Source: Candidatus Calescibacterium sp.
GTDB taxonomy: Bacteria > Calescibacteriota > Calescibacteriia > Calescibacteriales > Calescibacteriaceae
Assembly: GCA_032249135.1 (NCBI GenBank)
Contig: JAVVGL010000006.1
Coordinates: 39,879 to 103,878, forward strand
Direction: 5' to 3'
Length of the DNA stretch: 64,000 nt
The position numbers and the translations under genes were made by a program. The notes below the pieces were generated by a model that was not told the origin of the DNA, ran no database searches, and saw nothing but the letters and a program-made list of their open reading frames with translations. Below are positions 20,083-28,700 of the stretch, one piece after another (the first letter of the stretch is position 1; each line of letters starts with the position of its first letter).

Positions 20083-20097
20083 AAAAAATAAGGAATT

Positions 20098-22548
20098 TCA
20101 CCTATTTCCTACAAGAAAAGAGGTTATGGAATCTGATAAGTTTATATTTCTTTTTTTTAGAGCCTTTTGAATTATGGCTAAAACATCGCTCAAATCTTGT
20201 AGATCTGGATTTTTCCATCCACATACCGCTTGAATTTCGTTCTGAATTTCTTCGCTTTGAGCAAAATTTAATGCCCAACACTTTTCTATAATAAAAGAGC
20301 CAGAAAAAGATGGGTCTTTGAACTTCGCATAAATTGCCCCCGCTATTCCATCTTTTTTCAGCACATCAAAATGCTCAGTATCTTCGTCGTCTTTTTCAAA
20401 ATCTATTTGAAATACTGGAACTATTCCTTGCTCAGTAAATTGTAAAGCTGTTTCTGGTAGGTAATCACGCAGTGGCTTTGTTATAAACTTTGATAAACTT
20501 ATTTTTATGAATGTTATAGGGAGTTGGAATTGCGGTAAAGGAAAGAAATTTATGAGTTCTGATACCTCAACAAATTCTGATTCTACTTTATCAAAAAAAT
20601 CAAGCGTTTTCACAAGGTCAAATGGAACTTGAGCGAAATAAATTTTTTTGTTCTCTGTGTTCTTGCATATTACATTTTCAGAGGGACAAATTGGAGCATT
20701 ATCATATGCTTTCCCAAGTTCTATTTTTGCTCTTTCAAGATTCTCTTTGAACGAATTTACAAGTTCGTTCACATCTACACCTTCTTTGAAATAAAGAGAT
20801 TTATCAGAAAATGTTGAAGGTATAATTTTTATTGTCTCAGGACTCACTTGACCTTGAACGATTTTTTTCAATCTTTCTTTGAAATCAAGATTATGACTTA
20901 GGATATATTTTGTTATTCCGTAAATGAGCCTTGTGATTGCAGATATAAAATTTGCTTCTGCATATCCAAAGTATCCAGATGTAATGAAAAAATCAATTTT
21001 CTCTGGAGTTGTCCATCGCGCATTCTGAACCCTCTCGTAAATATCAGAAAGTTTTGAATGCAAATACTCTACTATATCAAGTCCAAAGCTCGGTATCTGT
21101 CCCCCAATTACGCTTTTTACATCAATTATTATACCTATGATGTTAGATTCAGGTTGACGCCCAAACCTTCTTTCAAACTCATCAAGATACTTTATGCTTA
21201 TTTTCAAATCCTTCTTTAATGATTTCAGCATGTAAGATATTATGCAATCTTTTTCATCCTCTTCACACAAAAATATTTTGAGATTGAGGTTTTCTCCATA
21301 AGGTACGATCAAATCAAAGAAAGGGAAAAAGCCGTCTTTTTCTACCGTCAAAGTTATCCCATAAGGATACATTTTGACAACAACTATAAATTCTCCGGAG
21401 CTATCTGTTATTTTCTCTTCGCTTCCTTCACCAATAATTACTTTTGCCCCCGGGATTGGATTACCTTTTGAATCAAAAACTTTACCGGTTATGAGAATTC
21501 CCGATGAAAGAACAATTTGAACTTGCGAGCTTTCCTCAGTCGGAGTTATAGAAACCTGCTCTGGGAAAAATCCCTGCTTCATCGCATATAAAACTCGTGG
21601 TTTTTGAGCGGGCAAATTCATATACGCTATACCGTCGCTCCAAGATGACATCGCAAGAAAATCATCTCCAGCATAAATTATTACTCCTCCTTGACCATCT
21701 TCTGAAATTGCCTTTACCAGAAGTGTAATTTGAGGGAAAGACAAACCAGAAAATGGGTCTGTTCCTTTTTTGATTTCAAAATCGTTATCATATCCATCTC
21801 CATCTGCGTCAAAATCTTTTTCATTTGGAATTGAATCAGAATCTAAATCTTTTGGATTGAAAGGAATATCATATTTGAACTCATGTGTTATGGAGCAGGG
21901 GAAGTTAAATATGAACCAGTTTTGAGTTATAAACCTGAAACTTGCTCGCTGATTCTTACTCCACGAAAATAAGTCCGGAGGACATATTATGGGAGCGAAT
22001 TTTTCAGGGTTCTGAATAGGTGGTTCATCAAGAACAGTATCTCCGGTTATTACAACATCTACCGAGTTTATTATAATTCCTGCATCTTGCAATTCGGAAA
22101 AGATTATTTTGTGTTTGCCATAAGGTGCGTAGAGTGTATATTTTCCATCTTCTTTTACGGGTGCAAAAAATGGTAAGAATGCAACTCCAACGAGTTTGGG
22201 AAATCCCCGGAAATATGCTCCTCCCCATATTTTTGCTGCACCTGTTATATTTATGTTAAAATGTGTATCTTTTGTGATTTCAATTTCATCTGAGAACGCA
22301 AGATTGTCTTTTTTTGCGTAAATGAGGTATTTGCCTTTTTTTAAGCTGAATTTGAAATTCCCATTTATATCGGTCTTTTGCGGTGGTGCTCCAACTATTC
22401 CTACTTCTGCTTGAATTACCGGTTCATCTCCATACAGAACTTTGCCTTCAAGTATAAAATACTCCTTTTTCCCGCAAAAAGAAAGAAAGTTTAAGGCAAT
22501 AAGACAAAAGGATATTACTATTAGTTTCTTTTTGTTTCCAAATTTCAC
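20098..22548 (-). CDS. Putative lipoprotein with carboxypeptidase-regulatory-like beta-sandwich repeats, acidic Ca-binding (TSP3-like) repeats and a helical C-terminal domain
   Basis: Signal ...LNFLSF-C-GKK; GKV...PI.GA.V...TD..G.F repeats; DLDSDSIPNEKDFDADGDGYDN...GTDP. Confidence 0.7.
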   Translation of the reverse strand: MKFGNKKKLIVISFCLIALNFLSFCGKKEYFILEGKVLYGDEPVIQAEVGIVGAPPQKTDINGNFKFSLKKGKYLIYAKKDNLAFSDEIEITKDTHFNINITGAAKIWGGAYFRGFPKLVGVAFLPFFAPVKEDGKYTLYAPYGKHKIIFSELQDAGIIINSVDVVITGDTVLDEPPIQNPEKFAPIICPPDLFSWSKNQRASFRFITQNWFIFNFPCSITHEFKYDIPFNPKDLDSDSIPNEKDFDADGDGYDNDFEIKKGTDPFSGLSFPQITLLVKAISEDGQGGVIIYAGDDFLAMSSWSDGIAYMNLPAQKPRVLYAMKQGFFPEQVSITPTEESSQVQIVLSSGILITGKVFDSKGNPIPGAKVIIGEGSEEKITDSSGEFIVVVKMYPYGITLTVEKDGFFPFFDLIVPYGENLNLKIFLCEEDEKDCIISYMLKSLKKDLKISIKYLDEFERRFGRQPESNIIGIIIDVKSVIGGQIPSFGLDIVEYLHSKLSDIYERVQNARWTTPEKIDFFITSGYFGYAEANFISAITRLIYGITKYILSHNLDFKERLKKIVQGQVSPETIKIIPSTFSDKSLYFKEGVDVNELVNSFKENLERAKIELGKAYDNAPICPSENVICKNTENKKIYFAQVPFDLVKTLDFFDKVESEFVEVSELINFFPLPQFQLPITFIKISLSKFITKPLRDYLPETALQFTEQGIVPVFQIDFEKDDEDTEHFDVLKKDGIAGAIYAKFKDPSFSGSFIIEKCWALNFAQSEEIQNEIQAVCGWKNPDLQDLSDVLAIIQKALKKRNINLSDSITSFLVGNR

Positions 22549-22641
22549 TTATGTAAAAATTTTAGTTCTAAAATTTATTTTTGTTATTACTTTTTTTCTT
22601 TTTATATTTTTGATTAAGCCGAGATTTATTTTTTTATTTTT

Positions 22642-23349
22642 TTGTTTGTTTTTTGTTTGTTTTTTGTTATGAATTTTGTTTTATATGAGTCAGCGATTTG
22701 TGTTTTGATTTCAGCTTTCGGTCTTGCTTCAACAAGGTTCAAGTTTTTGGAGCTCAAACACTATGTTTTTATTGTTTTTATATCTGCTCTTTTGGTTCTT
22801 ACAAGATACTTTTTCTCAAAACAAGAGAGCAGAATAAGGCTTTTGTCTCTTCCATCATCTCTTTTGCTGATTTTTCTTTCTTTGCCATCTCCGAAGCTTT
22901 TTTTAATTTCATTTGTTGCGCTTTACATTTTTTCAATTGAGATATTTTCTCCTTTTGAGTTTGGAAAAAAAATTCCTTTCTTGATAAAACCTGTTATTTT
23001 TGTAGTTTTTTATTTTTTGGGGTTTTACTATGTTGCAAATCCATTTTCTTTTGCAACTTATGATGCTCTTTATTATGCTCTTTTGATTGCAATTTTCGGC
23101 TTATTTTTTTCACTATCACAAAAACATTTTGCTTTCGGATTCCCGGCAGTTTTGACTTTTCCCATCTTCCACTCATCTTTACCTGTTATAGCACTATCTG
23201 GACTTACTCTTTTATCTTTATTTTTTATGAGAAAAGAGAAAAAGAACTTTTTGCCCTCTGTTTTATCTTTGTTTTTTCTCGTCTTTTTTATCTTGTACCT
23301 TTATGATGCACAAAGTATGCTCCCAGCAGGAGCTATATATATTTTTTAA
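22642..23349 (+). CDS. Polytopic membrane protein, possible non-catalytic UbiA paralogue; start uncertain
   Basis: FLISFVALYIFSIEIFSPFEFGKKIPF aligns by eye with FLISLLYVFLSILYSPLRWGKSPF of 9196-10056; no Asp-rich motifs. Confidence 0.5.
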   Translation: MFVFCLFFVMNFVLYESAICVLISAFGLASTRFKFLELKHYVFIVFISALLVLTRYFFSKQESRIRLLSLPSSLLLIFLSLPSPKLFLISFVALYIFSIEIFSPFEFGKKIPFLIKPVIFVVFYFLGFYYVANPFSFATYDALYYALLIAIFGLFFSLSQKHFAFGFPAVLTFPIFHSSLPVIALSGLTLLSLFFMRKEKKNFLPSVLSLFFLVFFILYLYDAQSMLPAGAIYIF

Positions 23350-23395
23350 TTGATATATATTTTTTGATTGATTTGATTTTTTTGCTAACTAATAT

Positions 23396-24106
23396 ATGTT
23401 GCCGCTTATACATTTGGGGTATGGAATATACATTCCTATATATCCTATTGCAACTGCTATTTCAATATCTTTGGTAGCTTACCTTATTTTAAGGGAGGAT
23501 GATAGATTTGCAGTTGAACTTGGGTTCTTTATTGTGTCTTTTATTTTATCTTCAAGAATTTTTTTGGGAAAGAAAATTCTGAATTTTTGGGAGAGCGGAT
23601 ATTCTCTCATGACGGGGGTAAGTATATCTTTCCCCCTCACACTTATTTTTCTTCTTATAAGAAAAAAAGATTTTTTATATTTTTTTGACCTGTGCTCAAA
23701 ATATGCTCCGGTGGGACTTGCCACACACAGAATATTCGGATGTTTCCTTGCAGGATGCTGTTGGGGAGTTCCAAGCTCTTTTGGTCTTGTGCCTCATCCT
23801 TGGTCACTTGCATTCAAATATACTGGATACCAAAAACTTTTCCCAGTCCAGATTTTTGAAGGTTTGTGGTGGGTGATTTCTTTTTTCCTTGTGAATAAAT
23901 CAAAAGACAAAACATTAACTTTTCTCCTTTGCCTTTTTATATCAAGACTATTTGAATATCTGAGGGGAGATATTGACCTTTTTTTCTACATAGGTAGAAT
24001 AAAAGTTTCATTTTATCAGATTTTGGCAGCTTTTTTACTCTTATCTACCGCAGCAGTAAAATTTTTATTGAGTAAGAGAAAAGAAAAAAATAAAGGGAAA
24101 AATTAA
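23396..24106 (+). CDS. Divergent prolipoprotein diacylglyceryl transferase (Lgt family), copy 1
   Basis: M.P start, SRI, W..G, D...P, RIFGCFLAGCCWG, PVQIFE and SRLFEYLRGD motifs. Confidence 0.8.
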   Translation: MLPLIHLGYGIYIPIYPIATAISISLVAYLILREDDRFAVELGFFIVSFILSSRIFLGKKILNFWESGYSLMTGVSISFPLTLIFLLIRKKDFLYFFDLCSKYAPVGLATHRIFGCFLAGCCWGVPSSFGLVPHPWSLAFKYTGYQKLFPVQIFEGLWWVISFFLVNKSKDKTLTFLLCLFISRLFEYLRGDIDLFFYIGRIKVSFYQILAAFLLLSTAAVKFLLSKRKEKNKGKN

Positions 24107-24123
24107 AGAAAAGAAAGAAAAAA

Positions 24124-24879
24124 ATGTTTCCTGTTTTGTTTCAAGTTGAAAACTTCAAATTTTATACTTCGTTTCTCACTTTACCTTTGGTATCTTTGGT
24201 TTTCATTATTTTTAGCTGGAAAAGACTGAAAGAAATAGGATATAAAGATACTGAGATAGGTCAAATTATGATTTTGATATTTGTTTCGTGGGCTGTTTTC
24301 TCACGCTTATATCTTATAGGTAAAATACCTTTCTTGCAACTTATTTCTGTTTGGGAAGGGGGACACTCTATGATACTGGGAATAATTGGACCGATGATTA
24401 TAACGCTTGTATATTTGCTTTTGAGAAAGAAAACAATTTCTGATTTTTTTGATGCTATGGTACCTACCATAGCTTTATCGTTGGCTCTGTATAGAATTTT
24501 TGTTTGTTTTCTTGTGGGTTGTTGTTTTGGTAAGCCTTTCAGGTTTGGTTTGGTGTTTCACGAAAATTCGGCTGCCTATCTTTATTTTGGTTCAAAGCCC
24601 ATTCACATCACACAAATTTATGAGGCTTTCTTTATGGGATTAACTTTCTTTTTACTTGAGAAAATCAAATTCAAAGAAAAGGGAGATAAAACCTTGTTTT
24701 TTCTTTTCATGCTATCTTTAATGAGGCTTGTAGTAGATAATTTCAGAGGAGATATAAAAGAGTTTATGATAAAGTTTGAGATTTTTGAGTTGCAGGGAAT
24801 AACTTTATGGCAGGTCTTATCTATTTTTCTTTTTTTGTGCGGGGTTTTTTGGTTAAGAGTTCTCAAGATAAGAACATAA
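24124..24879 (+). CDS. Divergent prolipoprotein diacylglyceryl transferase (Lgt family), copy 2
   Basis: MFPVLF start, SRLY, WEGG, D..VP, RIFVCFLVGCCFGKP, HITQIYE and RLVVDNFRGD motifs. Confidence 0.82.
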   Translation: MFPVLFQVENFKFYTSFLTLPLVSLVFIIFSWKRLKEIGYKDTEIGQIMILIFVSWAVFSRLYLIGKIPFLQLISVWEGGHSMILGIIGPMIITLVYLLLRKKTISDFFDAMVPTIALSLALYRIFVCFLVGCCFGKPFRFGLVFHENSAAYLYFGSKPIHITQIYEAFFMGLTFFLLEKIKFKEKGDKTLFFLFMLSLMRLVVDNFRGDIKEFMIKFEIFELQGITLWQVLSIFLFLCGVFWLRVLKIRT

Positions 24880-24916
24880 TTTTTGCGTGTGGATAAATTT
24901 CAAAACAACCATCGTA

Positions 24917-25597
24917 TCAGACTAACTTTTTAAAATCTGTCCCAATCAAATATTCAGGTTTTATTTTGTGTATTTCATCAGGGGAAAAAAAATCAAATAA
25001 ATCAGGTTGGGTGAAAAAAAGCTCTGTGAGGTATTTTGCTCCTAACTCTGCTGGAACTACTCTTTCTATATCTAAACTTGATATTAAATTTTCTCCTCCA
25101 CACAAAAATATCCTTTCTTTTTCTTTTTTTATCTTTATTTCTTCTTTTTTTTCATCTATATCAAATTCGTATTCTGCGCAATAGAAAATATTTTTTTTTC
25201 CACTGAAAAGATGAAACTTTATTGTTTCCTTTTCAAGGAATTTCCCTAAAAAAAGGGCTATCCATCTGAAAGTTAGGGTAGTGTAAATGGGTATTTTTAA
25301 CGCAAAGCTTATACCCTGTGCATAAGCAATCAAAGCTCTCAAAGCCGTAAATGAACCCGGACCCCGAGCTAATACAATCTTGTTTATATCATCAAACCTC
25401 ACGCCTGATATTTTCAGAGCAGAATTTACTACATCTGCTATAAATTTTGTTCCATAAAATTTTTCTGATGATACTGAACTTTGAACTTCTATTTCTTTTT
25501 TTCGTTCATTAGCTATTGCAACAGAAATTGTGTTTGAAAAACTAAAATCAAAAAAAATTGTTCTTTCTTTTCCCAACATAAAATCAGATAAAAACAC
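24917..25597 (-). CDS. tsaB: tRNA threonylcarbamoyladenosine biosynthesis protein TsaB
   Basis: GPGSFTALR...AQGI motif and C-terminal P.Y. Confidence 0.82.
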   Translation of the reverse strand: MFLSDFMLGKERTIFFDFSFSNTISVAIANERKKEIEVQSSVSSEKFYGTKFIADVVNSALKISGVRFDDINKIVLARGPGSFTALRALIAYAQGISFALKIPIYTTLTFRWIALFLGKFLEKETIKFHLFSGKKNIFYCAEYEFDIDEKKEEIKIKKEKERIFLCGGENLISSLDIERVVPAELGAKYLTELFFTQPDLFDFFSPDEIHKIKPEYLIGTDFKKLV

Positions 25598-25733
25598 CGA
25601 AAATAACCTATTTTTTACATAGGTATATTAATTCTTTTAAACTCGTTAAAATCGGGATTTTTTTTTCAGGAATGATTATATTTTTTTTTGTAAAAAAGGA
25701 GTGATTATATTATAAATAAGGGGGTAAAAGTAT

Positions 25734-28700
25734 ATGGCAAAGCATATAATAAAAAGTTTGTTTGGTGAGAGAAAAAGTAAAAAAGTTGAGCTTTTTGCTT
25801 CTTTCTTATTTACTTCTTTCTTCTCGTTGTTGTTGCTGATATTATTTCCTCAAAAGAAATCTTTTGCTACACCTTTACCCGTTACAACATTTCCCTCTTA
25901 TCTGCAAAACTCGGTTGTTTTAAGATTAACAGGGTGTTTAAATCAGTGGCTGCAACAAAATTTCAACTACCTTTTTGTAGATGATGGTGTCTCAGGTTCA
26001 GGAGATGAGCTATGTCCTGCTGGGCAATATCAAGGAACTCTTGGTTCTTTCTCCACTGTTTCTGTTCCGTGTGGATGGAAGACTTTGAACATGCTAAATG
26101 CTCTGATTATGGATTTACTTGACAAACAGAAGAAAATTCAAGGCTTAACTCCGCCTGCTGATGATGACCCAGTTATGTGCTGTTGCGATCCTACAAAAGA
26201 CTCAGAAAACTGCACAGGACCTGCTACTCCCGGTTGTCCCTCTCAGTTTCCTAATAGAGGAAAATGCATGGCTTTAAAACCGGAAGCTACAAATTACTTT
26301 GTAGTTAATTTCCTTGACACCTCAGTTACTCCTAATATTATCCGAGGTTATCAGGCATGGGGTGTAACATGGGTTGGAGCTCCGGGTTCAACAACAGCTT
26401 ATTGGTCAGGGCTTTTAGACCAGTGTCTCCCTATACCTCTGCTGGGTAATTTGTGTCTGAATTTATCTTTAAACGATGTCTGCAATGCCACAACATGTGG
26501 TCCCATCTTAAATTACAACGGAACTACGCATCCAGGTAACTGTTGGTACACTCGTACATCGGGAGGGGATCCCGCTAATAACTGTGATGATGATACAACA
26601 AACGGATATCGAAGCGCAAACCGGGATAACTGGATTTTAAGATATAACCCTGTTGGTGGTGTCTCTCTAAATTTCTCTGTCGGTGAGAGCGTTGGTGTTT
26701 CATGTGGTATGGGTGGGGCTCCTTACAGCTATAACGGTAAAATTTTTACGGGAAATGAAGGGTTTATTACTATTGAGCTGTTTTTAAATCCTATTTCTAT
26801 AGATATAGATGCTGCAACTCCATCTGCAGGAAATAGAATAACATTTACTGCTTCTTCCCCTCCACCACTTGCTACTAATGTTGCTCCTGGGAGAACAGAT
26901 TGTAATGATTCTCAGGCGAACCAGCAAGGTGATTGCTATGTTAGAGCTTATCTTCGTGCAAGAGGAGCTTTGAAACTCAAAGTTGGTGCAACTTTATATT
27001 TGGAACACAGAACCGGCTCTTGGCCGCACCTACAAGATGTTGGAATAGCCGTAAGAGAAATCAACTTTTCAGAAGCTCCCTGGATATCTCTTGCGTTGGA
27101 TTGGACCTGGTCTGAACAAAGCCCGAACTGCACAGCAACAAGTACTCTTTGTGTCAGAAAAAATATAACTGTGAAAGCGATGAAAACTATTGAATTTATA
27201 GATGTTGTTTTGAGAGGTCTTTTCAGATTTGCTTACATTCCCTCGGGGCTTCAACAATATTTTGGTCCGGTTGTTTTTGATATAAGTGGTCTTACACAGA
27301 TGAAAACCTCTTACTTTTTCCCAACCTGGGTCAGACCAATTACAACAGATGATTTACTTATAGATATAGCCCTGGGTGGAGACCCGTATTTGGGAACACA
27401 AGTCCTGCGGTCTAAATCTTGTTTTGCAAGCAACGGAGTGGGTCCTGGAACCAACCGAAATGAGCTTTATCTTATAGGTTCTGCTATGATAGACCTTGAC
27501 CTTTTCAGGAGAGGAACAGATTGGAAAAATACAACGCAGTGGTATGATCACAGAATTACTTCTTGCGGATATGTTCCACCTCCTTATGGCAACCATCCAG
27601 CCCCTTCTATGATTGCAGGTCCTTCTTCGTTTTTCCAGCTCCCGCACGCAGGTTCAAGAGATTCACTTTCTCTTACCTCATGTGAAGCTAATGGGACATT
27701 TGTTGGTCTTTCAATTTTCCAGAATGTCTTTACATATTTGGTTTCCGATATTGCAACATCTGGTTTAATGTGCCTTGCAATATCTCAAAAAGGAGAGGGA
27801 TTTGCGTCAGGACTTCCTTTGCCTATTTGGACAGTTGGACAAATGAAGCTTATGATTCCTGACCTTTATAACTTCCTTGAATCAGAGTTCGGCTCTAATG
27901 TAACAGATATGCCTATGATTTTTGTATTCAAACCGAAACCATACGCAGCTTATCCCGGATTCCCTCAAACACCACAAGCTTCGTTTGCAAATGATTTGCC
28001 TCCAAATACTGTTGACCCACTCCCAATAACTGCTGATGTACTACTTACACTACCAAATAACGATTTTGAAATTTGGGTTGATGTTGATAACGAACTTGAA
28101 CAGTGGGGACTTGGACCAGGGGAAGTAGGGGGAACTTGTACTTATGGTCTAACTCCATCTCCGGTAGGTTGGTGTACTGCTTTCCCTACTGGAACAACTC
28201 CTCCGGCTCAAGGAACAATAGATGTGGGTCCAGTTGGAAATGCATTTCGTAATAACTTTCCAGATTGCGTCTCTTTTATTGATTGTGATTCAACAGTAGG
28301 AAATCCATCTGATAGGGTAAGGGAAAGAAGGTTTATAGCTCAGTTTAATGTTGGGGTAACTTTGGCTTTGGATTTGAATTTCCTTGGCTGCGGAAGAGGA
28401 ACATATAAAGTTTTTGGGAACCTGGCAGCTTACGGTTTCCCATCTACACTCGCAGGTGGTGGATGGTATAACCCTTGGAACCCAGCAACAACCGGAAACT
28501 GCACAACCGTAAGCCACCTGAGGAGAGTAGATTTGACTTTGGGGATGATTTCTCGTGTTGGATCAGTTGATGTTACAAACGATTCAGGAACCGTAAAAGT
28601 TTATTATCCGTTTTCTAATAATACATTTGCTGGTTATCTTGCAGATTTTATAGCTGTTATACTTTCTGGTGCTTTGGCTCTTGACGCTCAGCTCGGATAT

